A stretch of DNA of 64,000 nt from Thermoplasmatota archaeon (GTDB taxonomy: Archaea > Thermoplasmatota > Poseidoniia > Poseidoniales > Thalassarchaeaceae): contig JAURCP010000006.1 in the NCBI GenBank assembly GCA_030828405.1, positions 12,015 through 76,014 on the forward strand, given 5' to 3'. Position numbers and translations under genes: made by a program. Within the stretch, counting starts at the first letter, position 1. Every line of letters starts with the position of its first letter. Under the pieces are notes generated by a model. The model was not told the DNA's origin. It saw only the letters and a list, made by a program, of their open reading frames with translations, and searched no databases. Below are positions 28,724 to 39,522 of the stretch, piece after piece.

Positions 28724-28978
28724 ATGAGAACTACTAGATTAAGACAGAAAATTAAAAAATTCCTTGATACAAAGGGCGAGGCGAACACTACTGAAATATT
28801 AGAACATGTTAACTCAACCATGAGACATGGCACAACACCTCAACAGTTAGGTAACGTATTATCCAAAGATAAAGATATTATGAAAATTGCAACTACAAAG
28901 CGTGGTGGAGCTCTTTCTGGACGTTATGAAATATGTGTATGGCAATTACGCCCTGGTGCGCAAGAAAGACATGAATAA
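28724..28978 (+). CDS. Small basic wHTH-like protein (DUF3860-like)
   Basis: MRTTRLRQKIKKFL...HGTTPQQLGNVLSK, recalled as a conserved Thermoplasmatota protein. Confidence 0.7.
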   Translation: MRTTRLRQKIKKFLDTKGEANTTEILEHVNSTMRHGTTPQQLGNVLSKDKDIMKIATTKRGGALSGRYEICVWQLRPGAQERHE

Positions 28979-28989
28979 ATAGAAAATTA

Positions 28990-30003
28990 CTATTTATTTT
29001 CTAGTTCTGAATTCCAATCTCCGGTTCTAGCTAGACTATTCATTTTTGAACGGTGTAAAAAGACTGATTGGCTGCCTTCATTATCTCCAGTTGCCCACGT
29101 TTTCAATGCATTAGCCAGTAATGCTCTACCAAATGAATACGATAGTTGCCAAGGATGATTAATAGTCATAGAATTCATCAAATTTAAATGTGCTGTCGCA
29201 TCTTCATCAGATTGACCACCAGACAGGAATACAATACCAGGAAGATCATTCGGGACATGTTCGGTTAAACAATCTACAGTCATCTGAGCAACTTTTTCAC
29301 GAGAAATTTGTTCAGGACAAGAATTTCCAGCAATTATCATATTTGGCTTGAGTAAAGCACCAGGAATATGTACACCCTGGATTTGGCACTGTTCAAAAGT
29401 AGCCTGTAAAATAGATGAAGTAACTTCATAGCAAGTCTCAGCATCATGAATTCCTGCCATTAACACCTCTGGTTCAATAATTGGGACCAAACCTTGTTCT
29501 TGACAAATTGATGCGTATCTGGCCAATGCATGAGCATTGGTTGAAATACATGCGTCGGAAGGTTTTTCGTCACCTATTTCGATAACTGCACGCCACTTAG
29601 CAAATCTAGCACCCATTGAAAAATACTCTTCACACCTTTCTCTTAATCCATCAAGTCCTTCGGTGATTTTTTCACCTTCATGGTTGGCTAAATTTTTTGC
29701 TCCGATGTCTACCTTAATTCCTGGATATACACCTAAGGAAGTTAAAGCATCTGGAATAGGCCTACCATCCGGCATCTTTTGCCTTATTGTTTCATCAAAT
29801 AATATCACTCCACTAATGAATTTCTCATATCCATTAGCCGAGAAAAGGTTGGCCCTGTAAGCATTTCTTGTTTCAGGAGATGCTGAAACACCTACTGCTT
29901 CGAGTCGATTTGACATAGTCCCGTTACTTTCATCCGCAGCGAGAATTCCTTTACCTGCTGCGACTAGTTCGCTTGCTGTTTTTTCAAGTAGTTGAGTATC
30001 CAT
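28990..30003 (-). CDS. fba: Fructose-bisphosphate aldolase class I
   Basis: KGILAADES, FAKWR, PIIEPE, LLKPN, FLSGGQ, SFGRAL. Confidence 0.95.
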   Translation of the reverse strand: MDTQLLEKTASELVAAGKGILAADESNGTMSNRLEAVGVSASPETRNAYRANLFSANGYEKFISGVILFDETIRQKMPDGRPIPDALTSLGVYPGIKVDIGAKNLANHEGEKITEGLDGLRERCEEYFSMGARFAKWRAVIEIGDEKPSDACISTNAHALARYASICQEQGLVPIIEPEVLMAGIHDAETCYEVTSSILQATFEQCQIQGVHIPGALLKPNMIIAGNSCPEQISREKVAQMTVDCLTEHVPNDLPGIVFLSGGQSDEDATAHLNLMNSMTINHPWQLSYSFGRALLANALKTWATGDNEGSQSVFLHRSKMNSLARTGDWNSELENK

Positions 30004-30066
30004 ATACTAACCTCATGCTAACGTGAAGGCTATAGGAAATGAAGGCATCGCTTTGACAGTCCGGAA

Positions 30067-31017
30067 TCAACTATCATGAGAACCACGAACAAATTTATGA
30101 ATACCACTTGATACATCAATCACTTCAGATTCAACCAAATATTTACCATTTTCAAAAGTGACTCCTTGTGTACGCCCTGAACAAACTCCGGTCCCAATAA
30201 ACAATGCATCATCAGATGAACATAAATCATCACGCTCCCACAACCTCTCAATATCACCATCAATCATTTCCTCTGCTCTAGATCTGTGCCCTTCATTTTT
30301 GAAGATTAAACGACCTTGGAAAGGTGCATTTAACCCCCTCATAGCTGCTGCAGTAATTACTCCTTCGGGAGCTGCTCCAATACCCATCAATAAATCAATT
30401 TCAGATTTTGGATCTGCTGCATTCAAAGCCGCCGCGATATCTCCATCTCCTATCAAAACTACATTTACCGATAAATCATTTAATTCTTTAATTAATTTTT
30501 TATGCCGAGGACGATCCATAACTACAACATTTAGTGATTCAATGGATTTGTCCAAAGCATTTGAAGTCGCCTCAATATTATATGAAGTTGAGGCATCCAG
30601 AGATATTTCTCCCATCAACTCTGCAGAGCCTGAAATTTTATTCATATAACAGTCAGGTGCATGTAACAGAGTACCTCGTGGTGCGGCGGCAAGGACGGCC
30701 ATTGCATTTGGCAAATTATAGGCTACATGATTAGTGCATTCTAGAGGATCTACTGCAATATCAATTGCGGGAGAATTTATATCTCCTTGTAATGAACCCA
30801 AAGGTTCGCCAATCCATAACATTGGAGCATCATCTCTTTCTCCCTCTCCGATAGCAACACGTCCATCGAATGGGACGGTATCAAAAACTGCCCTCATTGC
30901 TTCAACTGCGGCACCATCGGCTGCTTTACCATCACCTTTACCAATCCATTTTGACGCAGCAATTGCTGCAGATTCTGTGGCCTGAAGGAAATATTTCTCC
31001 AAATCAACGGTTGCCAT
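30067..31017 (-). CDS. glpX: Fructose-1,6-bisphosphatase class II
   Basis: IGEGERDDAPML, DIAVDPLE, RPRH, GAAPEG. Confidence 0.93.
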   Translation of the reverse strand: MATVDLEKYFLQATESAAIAASKWIGKGDGKAADGAAVEAMRAVFDTVPFDGRVAIGEGERDDAPMLWIGEPLGSLQGDINSPAIDIAVDPLECTNHVAYNLPNAMAVLAAAPRGTLLHAPDCYMNKISGSAELMGEISLDASTSYNIEATSNALDKSIESLNVVVMDRPRHKKLIKELNDLSVNVVLIGDGDIAAALNAADPKSEIDLLMGIGAAPEGVITAAAMRGLNAPFQGRLIFKNEGHRSRAEEMIDGDIERLWERDDLCSSDDALFIGTGVCSGRTQGVTFENGKYLVESEVIDVSSGIHKFVRGSHDS

Positions 31018-31042
31018 ATTACTTCGGAGTGGTAATCAGCAT

Positions 31043-31513
31043 TCAATTATGTTGGTCTCCTTTGCTCTTTTTCAGAACATGAACATTATTGATTCTAGAC
31101 TCAGGATATTGCCCCTCCGAATCTTTTTCAACTGACTTCAGCATATCCCATGCACACAATAACCCAGCGTTAACTCCACACAATGCTTCCATCTCTACTC
31201 CTGTTCTCCAATGTGTTCTAACAGTAACAGTACATCTAAGATTACAACCTTCAATTTGCCATTCAACAGAGCACCCCTCAATTGGTATCGTGTGGCAATG
31301 AGGGAGAATTCTAGGAGTTTCTTTAACAGCTTGTATTGAAGCAATAGTTGAAATTTCTCGAACATCACCTTTCTTCGAACGCCCCTTGACTGCGTCAATA
31401 CCAGATGATGATAGTTGCAAAACTCCTGTCGCTATTGCTTCGCGAAAGACTACTTCTTTCTCCCCTATATCTGCAATAGCAGACCATGAATTTTTTAATT
31501 CATCAACACTCAT
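31043..31513 (-). CDS. moaC: Cyclic pyranopterin monophosphate synthase
   Basis: KKGDV, LPHCH, TGVEMEAL, WDMLK. Confidence 0.93.
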   Translation of the reverse strand: MSVDELKNSWSAIADIGEKEVVFREAIATGVLQLSSSGIDAVKGRSKKGDVREISTIASIQAVKETPRILPHCHTIPIEGCSVEWQIEGCNLRCTVTVRTHWRTGVEMEALCGVNAGLLCAWDMLKSVEKDSEGQYPESRINNVHVLKKSKGDQHN

Positions 31514-31573
31514 GGAATCTCGGAGATGGTACTCATTATTCAGATAAACGGAAGTTAAATCTTGATTCGATAT

Positions 31574-32002
31574 TTATCCAAGACCTTGTTTCCAAATTTC
31601 TCCATCCGATCTAACTTCTTTTTTCCATAATGGCGCTTGTAGTTTAAGCTCATCAATTAACCATGAACAGGCTTTGAATCCCTCCGCCCGATGTTTCGAA
31701 CCAACATGAATACAGACTATCGGTTCTGAAGGCTCTACAATTCCAGTCCTATGCGCAATTAGAACTGATTTGACATCAAACTTTTCGATAGAAATTCTCG
31801 CAATATCTGTAAGAACTTCATGTAATTTATTTTCCCAAGCATCAAATTCCAGTCTTTTTACCTTGATTGCGTTGTCTTCACCTCTCGTTAAACCAACAAA
31901 AGAAACCACGCTTCCGCATCCATCAACATCTATTACAGAACGAAGTTTTTCTGGATCGAGATTTTCTTTTTCTACAAGGATAATAATCTTGTCTTTTTCC
32001 AT
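31574..32002 (-). CDS. moaE: Molybdopterin synthase catalytic subunit
   Basis: GSVVSFVG, HRTG, HR..GF, APLWKKE; start moved to MEKDK. Confidence 0.9.
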   Translation of the reverse strand: MEKDKIIILVEKENLDPEKLRSVIDVDGCGSVVSFVGLTRGEDNAIKVKRLEFDAWENKLHEVLTDIARISIEKFDVKSVLIAHRTGIVEPSEPIVCIHVGSKHRAEGFKACSWLIDELKLQAPLWKKEVRSDGEIWKQGLG

Positions 32003-32104
32003 CTCAGTAACCCGCTTATGGACTGTTCGAAGACAAATTATCGGATGAACTCTTTGATTGTAAATGACCAAACCATTCAAACTACATACCTCATACGCAA
32101 ATAC

Positions 32105-33328
32105 ATGAAAGAGAGGATTGATATCCTTGGAGCGGGGCTATCGGGACTTGCTGCAGCGACAATCCTTGCCAAAGCTGGCAAAGAAGTTCATGTTCATGAG
32201 ATACGTAAAGACAGTGGAGCGAGATTTGATGGAGATTTCCAAGGAATAGAGAATTGGACAAGCGAAAATGATTTTTTTGATGAAATGAGGAACTGGGGGT
32301 TAGAACCAGAAGAATTTAAGTCAAATGCATTTGAAATCATTGATTTGATTCATCCAGATGATGTAATCACAAATCCAAAATCAAACGGTACTGCTTTCAG
32401 AGTTGTAGAGAGGGGGACTGACGAACATTGTATAGATCAGGGATTCAAAAGAATGGCAATATCAGCCGGTGCTAATATACACTATGAAGCTAGGGTCAAT
32501 CCAGACGACTGCGATATCATTGCAGCGGGTCCAAAAGATTCTAGCGCGATTGCTTTTGGGGAAATTTTCCATACCGATCACCCCAACCATGTGGCATTTC
32601 AATTGAATGATAAATTAGCTCCTGGCGCATATTCATACCTAATTATAATTGATGGAGTGGGGCTAATTTGTACTTGTTTATGGAGGAAACAAAAGAAATC
32701 AGGCAGGTATCTTAATGAAACCATCGCTTGGTATGAATCTCACTATAAATTGAATAGAATTCCTATCAAGAGAGTCGGTGGTAAGGGAGACTTTAGTTTG
32801 CCGAAAAAATATATTCATGAAAATAAAATTTATGTTGGAGAAGCTGGAGGTTTACAGGATTTTATGTGGGGTTTTGGGATGAGATACGCAATCACAAGCG
32901 GAGTCTTAGCGGCACAATCAATTCTCAAAGAGTGCGATTATGAGGTCGAAGTAAAAAAGAAACTTGTTCCTCTGATTAAAACAAGTGCGATTAATAGATT
33001 TTTAATGAATAGAGTAGGCGATAAAGGGTTTAAATTTGTAGCAAAATACTGGATGAGAGACCAAGAAAAGAAAGGAGAAGGGTTGAGTTTTATGAAATGG
33101 GTGTACCAACCAGGTATTTTTAGAAAATCTCTCTGGCCGCTTGTCAAACTATCAATGCTGAGAAAAAAGAAATTACAAGACGGACGTCTAGTTCATAGGA
33201 TGCCATTTAGAGGGCCTTTGAAGAGAGATATATGGGAACCCAGTGTCAAAGCTAACGAGATAGGTGAACAATGGAATATAGTTAGGAAAAGTGGAGCAAA
33301 ACTATCGTTCAGCGACTCTGATAGTTAA
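32105..33328 (+). CDS. FAD-dependent oxidoreductase (geranylgeranyl reductase family)
   Basis: GAGLSG, APGAYSY, VGEAGG...GFGMRYA; start moved to MKERI. Confidence 0.82.
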   Translation: MKERIDILGAGLSGLAAATILAKAGKEVHVHEIRKDSGARFDGDFQGIENWTSENDFFDEMRNWGLEPEEFKSNAFEIIDLIHPDDVITNPKSNGTAFRVVERGTDEHCIDQGFKRMAISAGANIHYEARVNPDDCDIIAAGPKDSSAIAFGEIFHTDHPNHVAFQLNDKLAPGAYSYLIIIDGVGLICTCLWRKQKKSGRYLNETIAWYESHYKLNRIPIKRVGGKGDFSLPKKYIHENKIYVGEAGGLQDFMWGFGMRYAITSGVLAAQSILKECDYEVEVKKKLVPLIKTSAINRFLMNRVGDKGFKFVAKYWMRDQEKKGEGLSFMKWVYQPGIFRKSLWPLVKLSMLRKKKLQDGRLVHRMPFRGPLKRDIWEPSVKANEIGEQWNIVRKSGAKLSFSDSDS

Positions 33329-33386
33329 TATTAGAGCATTACTATGATTCCGTTTCTTTCATTAACAGATTGTCTCTGCGACGGAC

Positions 33387-34247
33387 ATGACTTCATGGCC
33401 TGACCTTGAGCCTATGCCGAACAAACTAGTGAATTATGGCGTTACTGATAACGGCATAGCCATTATAGAACTAATATCAGATACAGATGGAAAACCACTT
33501 GAAGAAGGTAGAACATCTGTCAATACTTATACTCGAGAAATGTGGGAAGATATAGATCAGGCAATTCTTAATGCTAGATTTGATGGAAATGTTTCCGTAA
33601 TATTACTAACCGGACACGGTGAGAAGTTCTTCTCGGCGGGAGCAAGTATAAATTATCTCAATACATTATCTCCAAGATACAAATACTTCTTTTGTTTACA
33701 TGCTAATGAGACTCTGTCTCGACTTGAACAAACTCCAAAATTAGTAATTGCTGCACTCAATGGTCATACAGTTGGTGGTGGGCTCGAGATCGCAATGGCA
33801 GCGGATATCCGAATTGCACACAAAGGTAATTTCCAGATTGGTCTACCAGAAGTATCTCTTGGTGTTCTAGCAGGAACTGGTGGTACCGCAAGATTATCAC
33901 GTCTAGTTGGAAAAGCAAGGGCAATGGAAATAATGGTTACTGGAAGAAAATTTTCATTCGAAGAAGCTAGAGATATGAGTTTAGTTCACGATATATATGA
34001 CAGTATCAGTTTAGAAGAATTTAGAATGGATGTAATAGATTATGCAGGACAATTTACCTTGCCATTGGCTGCGGCTAAAGCAATTGGAAATATCAAACGC
34101 AGTGTTCAAAGTGGAATTGAAATACCTCTTGAATATCATCTGGCACTGGAAAGAGAATTACAATCTGATTTATTCCAATCTGAAGACGCTAAGGAAGGGA
34201 TTGCATCATATGTCGAGCGAAGAACACCTAGATTTACAGGGAAATAA
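33387..34247 (+). CDS. Enoyl-CoA hydratase/isomerase family protein
   Basis: FSAGA, GGGLE, LPEVSLG. Confidence 0.9.
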   Translation: MTSWPDLEPMPNKLVNYGVTDNGIAIIELISDTDGKPLEEGRTSVNTYTREMWEDIDQAILNARFDGNVSVILLTGHGEKFFSAGASINYLNTLSPRYKYFFCLHANETLSRLEQTPKLVIAALNGHTVGGGLEIAMAADIRIAHKGNFQIGLPEVSLGVLAGTGGTARLSRLVGKARAMEIMVTGRKFSFEEARDMSLVHDIYDSISLEEFRMDVIDYAGQFTLPLAAAKAIGNIKRSVQSGIEIPLEYHLALERELQSDLFQSEDAKEGIASYVERRTPRFTGK

Positions 34248-34301
34248 AATACTGTGCTAAATGTACATTTATTCATATACTAACATCTCTCCGGCAATTA
34301 T

Positions 34302-35444
34302 ATGTCAGGTAGTGAAATAGTAGAAGGATATACCCCCAACTTTGAGGCTTGGATTAGAGACTTCAATGAGTGGCAAACAAGAATAGGATTTGACCCATCT
34401 TGGTTAGGAGATTACAGATTTGATATTAAATTCGACTGGGATACTGCTGGGAACTCTATTGAGTTTGGAGATTTCAAAGGTATGCCAAAGTGGGAACGAA
34501 GGATGCAAATACCACAACAGAACATCAGAGATGCAATAATTAGTATGGTAAGTGTTCAAGGAGATACAGAGTTTGCAAGCGTAGAACAGCAAAATCATCT
34601 TCTAGCCACAGCACCTACTGAATATGACAAAAAATCTGCTCTCAGAATTATGTGTGAAGAGCAAAGACATGGATGGCAAATGGCTTACTTATTGTGTACT
34701 TACTTTGGAGAACAAGGTGTAAGGGAAGCTGCAAAACTATTGGAAAGAAACGCTCAGGATGGAACTAGAATTCTCGGTTCATTCAATGCACCTATAGATC
34801 ATTGGCTTGATTTTTTCTGTTTCACTCACTTCATAGATAGAGATGGGAAATACCAGTTGAAAATGCTTAGCACATCTTCATTCAAACCACTTGCAGCGTC
34901 TATGGGACCCATGCTAAAAGAAGAATCATTTCACCTAGGAACAGGTGCAAATGGACTCAGAAGGATTGTTAAACAAGGAGTCATCCCTTGTGAACTATTA
35001 CAAAAATATCTGAATAAGTGGATTAGTACAGGTCTAGATTTGTTTGGAACTGATGATTCCACTAGTGCACAGTGGGCCTATGTCTATGGTGTAAAAGGAA
35101 GATATGACGAAAGAGAAAGTGATATCGAAGCAGATAGAGAACACTTAAATGAAGCGAGTAGGGAATTATATTTCCAAGAGCTTCGTGAAGAAATGAGAAG
35201 AATCAGTGCTGCAAGGAAGGAAGGCGAGCCGGAACTTTTCATTCCTTCTGACAGATTTAATCGAGGTATTGGGAACTATGCTGGGAAGAACTACACAATT
35301 AGAGGGGAAAAATTTGAGGGTACTGATGAAGAATATGAAGCATATTTAATCAGTGTTTTACCTACCGAAGAAGATGAATACAAACTAATGAATGATTATA
35401 TGAAACAAGATTGGATTCAGTACCGCGAATGGAAAGGTAATTGA
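34302..35444 (+). CDS. boxB: BoxB/PaaA-like diiron aryl-CoA epoxidase subunit
   Basis: QGDTEFASVEQQ, EEQRH, DRDGKYQL, EESFH diiron motifs typical of BoxB. Confidence 0.8.
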   Translation: MSGSEIVEGYTPNFEAWIRDFNEWQTRIGFDPSWLGDYRFDIKFDWDTAGNSIEFGDFKGMPKWERRMQIPQQNIRDAIISMVSVQGDTEFASVEQQNHLLATAPTEYDKKSALRIMCEEQRHGWQMAYLLCTYFGEQGVREAAKLLERNAQDGTRILGSFNAPIDHWLDFFCFTHFIDRDGKYQLKMLSTSSFKPLAASMGPMLKEESFHLGTGANGLRRIVKQGVIPCELLQKYLNKWISTGLDLFGTDDSTSAQWAYVYGVKGRYDERESDIEADREHLNEASRELYFQELREEMRRISAARKEGEPELFIPSDRFNRGIGNYAGKNYTIRGEKFEGTDEEYEAYLISVLPTEEDEYKLMNDYMKQDWIQYREWKGN

Positions 35445-35447
35445 TTT

Positions 35448-36026
35448 TTGGTTGGTGAATATATGCAACATTTAGCGTTATTAGCCTTCGATAAAGAAAA
35501 GTGCAAACCCTTCTTTGATAGATTAACTGAATTATTCTATGAACATCATCATTCAGAAATGCAAGATCCTGAAGAATATGAAAAATTACTTTACATGGTT
35601 AAGAAACCATATGACAATAATATGTTAGATATGATTGACAAATGGATGGGATTAGAAAAAAGAGAATGGAGAGAAGAAACAACTAGAGAAGTGAAATTGG
35701 CATTGTATGCGATTAGATATCCAGATACACTTCTACTAGATAGTTTCACAGAGAATCCAAGATCAGATATCAAAAGACTTTCCGCATATTTACATTTCAC
35801 TCATCATACATACGCAATTTGGGATGAAGATACAAGAAAAGGATTAGAGAAAATTGGAATTTACATACCTGAAACAAAGGTTGCTGACCCTTTCATCTAT
35901 GGAGCATATGTAAGTGCTATTGAATTATTGAAAGATGTCGCTCCATTTACATGCTTCCTTGAACATGATGTCCCGAGGCAGAGATTATTCCAGTCTGCTC
36001 TTGCAGCATATGGAAGAGAAGAATGA
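35448..36026 (+). CDS. Hypothetical protein in the aromatic catabolism cluster
   Basis: ORF between boxB-like gene and 3-hydroxyacyl-CoA dehydrogenase. Confidence 0.7.
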   Translation: MVGEYMQHLALLAFDKEKCKPFFDRLTELFYEHHHSEMQDPEEYEKLLYMVKKPYDNNMLDMIDKWMGLEKREWREETTREVKLALYAIRYPDTLLLDSFTENPRSDIKRLSAYLHFTHHTYAIWDEDTRKGLEKIGIYIPETKVADPFIYGAYVSAIELLKDVAPFTCFLEHDVPRQRLFQSALAAYGREE

Positions 36027-36061
36027 GCAATGCCTATTGGCTATGACCATTACGTCTGTGT

Positions 36062-36952
36062 ATGCAAGTACGTACTGTGGCAGTCATAGGAGCAGGAACA
36101 ATGGGTTCAGGTATTGCTCAAGTTTGTGCTCAAAGTGGCTGGCAAACAAGAATCTTTGATGTTTTTCCTGAAAGTTTAGATAGAGGGGTTGAGAAAATAT
36201 TCTCATTCTGGGACAAGGGAATAGAAAAAGGAAAGACGACAGTTAATGAAAAAGAAAAATGGAGCCTGAACCTAAAAGCTTGTTATGAAATTACAGAGGC
36301 TTTGGAAAATGTTGATTTAGTAATTGAAGCGGTTCCAGAGATTATGCATCTCAAAAAAGAGATTTTTTTGAAAATTGAAGATTTAGTACCTAAACATGCT
36401 ATACTAGCAACTAATACTTCAAGTCTACCAATTTCAGAGATTGCAAATATTACAAATTGCCCTGAAAGAGTTATCGGAATGCACTTTTTTAATCCTGTTC
36501 CAATAATGAAACTTCTTGAACTTGTTAAGCATGAAAAATGTTCTAAAGAAACCATTGAATTAGCTCAATCAGTGGGCCAGGAAATGGGTAAGGAGACTAT
36601 CTTAGTTAATGATGTCCCAGGATTTGCCACCAGTAGGCTCGGAGTTGTACTTGGTAATGAAGCAATCAAGATGCTATCTCAAGGAGTTGCTTCAGCCAGC
36701 GATATAGATACTGCTATGAAACTTGGATATAAACACCCTATGGGTCCTTTGGAACTTTCCGACTTAGTAGGTTTAGACGTGAGAAGAGACATTTTGAATA
36801 GTCTGGCTGAATCTTTTGATGATGATTCATATAGACCTCATCCTATGTTGAACAACTTAGTTTCAGAAGGAAGTTTAGGACGGAAAACAAAGAAGGGAAT
36901 CTATGTTTGGGATGAAAATGGCAAGAAAGAAAGGGATGACTTACCAATATAG
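36062..36952 (+). CDS. 3-hydroxyacyl-CoA dehydrogenase (PaaH-like)
   Basis: GAGTMGSG, EAVPE, TNTSSL, GMHFFNP, PMGP. Confidence 0.93.
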   Translation: MQVRTVAVIGAGTMGSGIAQVCAQSGWQTRIFDVFPESLDRGVEKIFSFWDKGIEKGKTTVNEKEKWSLNLKACYEITEALENVDLVIEAVPEIMHLKKEIFLKIEDLVPKHAILATNTSSLPISEIANITNCPERVIGMHFFNPVPIMKLLELVKHEKCSKETIELAQSVGQEMGKETILVNDVPGFATSRLGVVLGNEAIKMLSQGVASASDIDTAMKLGYKHPMGPLELSDLVGLDVRRDILNSLAESFDDDSYRPHPMLNNLVSEGSLGRKTKKGIYVWDENGKKERDDLPI

Positions 36953-36960
36953 GTGTCAGC

Positions 36961-37275
36961 ATGTCAGATATTCTTGTTGAATTATTAGGAATTATTGCAG
37001 GGACTCTCGGTGTAATTGCATGGGTCCCTCAATTAAATGAAGTTTGGAAACAGAAAAAACATGAAGGAATTTCATTACCCACATTATACTTAATCTGTAC
37101 AGCATTATTATTGTGGCTGGTTTATGGATTTATCATTGGTTCAATCGCAATAATCATCTCAAACCTTGCAGCATTATACTGCATTCTGATTATAATTTTC
37201 GGAGTAAATAAATTGAGAGAAACTGATACTTATTTATTCTTCACCAAAATTTGGGTTTCTCTTATCCAAAAATGA
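36961..37275 (+). CDS. SemiSWEET/PQ-loop transporter
   Basis: AWVPQ, GISL, WLVYG; 3 TM. Confidence 0.82.
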   Translation: MSDILVELLGIIAGTLGVIAWVPQLNEVWKQKKHEGISLPTLYLICTALLLWLVYGFIIGSIAIIISNLAALYCILIIIFGVNKLRETDTYLFFTKIWVSLIQK

Positions 37276-38022
37276 AGATACACCTTCAACAAAATCAGGG
37301 GTTAAAGAGGAATTAGTGATTAATAACTTCTCAAATTCTAGTTGAGTTTCCATAAAAGTTGAGGTTGATGCATCAATTAATTGCTTGGTAGATCTACGAC
37401 TTGATTCAGCCCAACTACCCCATTTTTCTGCTACTTTAATAGCACTTTCAATAAGTTCTTCAGATTCCACTAATTCATCAACCGCACCATATTCTAATGC
37501 TTTATTACCATTCCAGACTTCATTATTGAAAAAGAATTTTTTTGCTTTTTGGGTCCCAACAAGTCTGGGGAGTAACCACGTAGTACCGCCATCTGGAGAC
37601 AAACCTAGAGAAAAGAATGCTGCAGCTAACTTTGCTTCTGGGACACATACTCTATAATCGGCACAGAGGGCTATACCTAACCCTCCACCGGCAGCAGAAC
37701 CATTAATTGCCGCAATAAAGATTTTCTCAGATGCACGAATTTTCAGTTGCATAGGATGGAGGAGTGAGGTCAAACCGCTTACTAAATCGGCAATACTACC
37801 GTTATCAATTGCAGAAGCAAATGAATCAATATCGGCTCCAGAACAAAAGAATTTTCCACTCCCTGTCATTATTATTGATTTAATTGATGAATCTTCCAAT
37901 AAGTCGTCGATAATATCCGACATTGATTTCATTGATTCCATATTCAATCCGTTTCTTGATGTTTCTACGGATAAAGTGACCAAAGACACTCCTTTAGATA
38001 GATGTTCAACTGTAATAGTCAT
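37234..38022 (-). CDS. Enoyl-CoA hydratase/isomerase (PaaG-like)
   Basis: FCSGAD, AAGGG, GLSPDGG (Asp as in PaaG). Confidence 0.88.
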   Translation of the reverse strand: MTITVEHLSKGVSLVTLSVETSRNGLNMESMKSMSDIIDDLLEDSSIKSIIMTGSGKFFCSGADIDSFASAIDNGSIADLVSGLTSLLHPMQLKIRASEKIFIAAINGSAAGGGLGIALCADYRVCVPEAKLAAAFFSLGLSPDGGTTWLLPRLVGTQKAKKFFFNNEVWNGNKALEYGAVDELVESEELIESAIKVAEKWGSWAESSRRSTKQLIDASTSTFMETQLEFEKLLITNSSLTPDFVEGVSSFLDKRNPNFGEE

Positions 38023-38090
38023 AAATATCCGAGTAGGTACTCACTATTAGAATGCGTGAATATCTAAAGTGAGTACTCCTCGCACTGTCC

Positions 38091-39509
38091 ATGCATACAC
38101 GGGAACAACTGTATATCGATGGAAAATGGGTTCAACCAATAGGGACTGGGAGTATAGATGTAATTAATCCTGCAACAGAAGAAATAATCGGGAAAATTCC
38201 AGTTGGTTCGAAAGAAGATATTGATATTGCAACCTCGGCTGCAAGAATTGCATTTGATTCTTGGTCAAAAAGTAGTATAGAGACAAGAATAGATATTCTA
38301 AATGCTCTCTCAAATGCATTGAAGGAGAGAGGTGAAGATATCGCTCAAACAATTACTGCTGAAGTTGGAACACCAATTGGATATTCTAGAGTAGCAATGG
38401 TAGGGACACCCAGAGTTGTTTCTAGAAGTTATGCAAAAATTCTAGAAAATTTTGATTGGGAAGAAAAAGTGAGAAACTCGATTATTTGTAAAGAGCCAAT
38501 AGGTGTTTGTGCATTCATCACGCCTTGGAACTTCCCTCTACACCAAATTATAGGTAAAGTGGCTCCTGCTATAGCTGCAGGTTGTACTATGATATTAAAA
38601 CCATCAAAAGAAGCACCTTTAAGCGCATTTATACTAGCAGATATATTACATGAAATTGGATTACCATCTGGCGTTTTTAACTTAGTTTCCGGTCATGGAT
38701 CTGAAATTGGAAATTATATGTCAAGTCATCCAGAGGTCGATATGGTCTCGTTCACTGGATCAACAGGGGCAGGGATTTCAGTGAGTGAAGCAGCTGCAAC
38801 TACCGTAAAGAGAGTTACATTAGAGCTAGGAGGTAAAAGTGCAAATGTGGCTCTAGAAGATGCTGATCCAACTTTAGTGGCAAAGAAAGCCATAGGAGCT
38901 TGCCATCAAAATAGTGGACAAACATGTTCTGCACTAACGAGACTCATTATCCCTGAATCTATGAGCGATGAAGTTTACGAAATCATAGCAGATAAAAACA
39001 ATTCCTACACAGTAGGTGACCCTTTAGAGGAGAGCACAAGATGCGGCCCCATGGTAAGTTTAAGACAACAAAAAAGTGTTAGTAAATATATAGAATCTGG
39101 AATAAATGAGGGAGCTACTTTGATTTCAGGAGGACTGGGTATGCCAGAAGGTATTTCCAAAGGGTACTATGTGAAACCAACTATATTCGCAAATGTTTCT
39201 CCAGATATGAAAATCTGGAAAGAGGAAATATTCGGTCCTGTTTTAGCGATTACGACTTACAAATCAGAAGAAGAAGCTCTAATGTTAGCAAATGATTCAA
39301 TATATGGTCTATCTGGAGGGGTATGGTCTAAAGATGAGGAAAGAGCGATAAAATTTGCTAAAGGCATGAGGACGGGGCAGGTTAGCGTAAATGGTGGATC
39401 ATTCAATGTTAGTGCACCTTTTGGCGGTTACAAACTTTCAGGGAATGGAAGAGAACTTGGGGCCCATGGGCTTAACGAGTTTCTAGAGATTAAATCTATA
39501 CAACTTTAG
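38091..39509 (+). CDS. Aldehyde dehydrogenase
   Basis: ITPWNFP, FTGS, LELGGK, GQTC, EEIFGP. Confidence 0.95.
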   Translation: MHTREQLYIDGKWVQPIGTGSIDVINPATEEIIGKIPVGSKEDIDIATSAARIAFDSWSKSSIETRIDILNALSNALKERGEDIAQTITAEVGTPIGYSRVAMVGTPRVVSRSYAKILENFDWEEKVRNSIICKEPIGVCAFITPWNFPLHQIIGKVAPAIAAGCTMILKPSKEAPLSAFILADILHEIGLPSGVFNLVSGHGSEIGNYMSSHPEVDMVSFTGSTGAGISVSEAAATTVKRVTLELGGKSANVALEDADPTLVAKKAIGACHQNSGQTCSALTRLIIPESMSDEVYEIIADKNNSYTVGDPLEESTRCGPMVSLRQQKSVSKYIESGINEGATLISGGLGMPEGISKGYYVKPTIFANVSPDMKIWKEEIFGPVLAITTYKSEEEALMLANDSIYGLSGGVWSKDEERAIKFAKGMRTGQVSVNGGSFNVSAPFGGYKLSGNGRELGAHGLNEFLEIKSIQL

Positions 39510-39522
39510 ACAACAATCTTCA

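Noticed and set aside
31043-32002. moaC/moaE as the partners of the island E1/Ubl
   Set aside because: They are more than 22 kb away in core context, and MoaE needs a GG-ending MoaD/SAMP, unlike the FG-ending Ubl.
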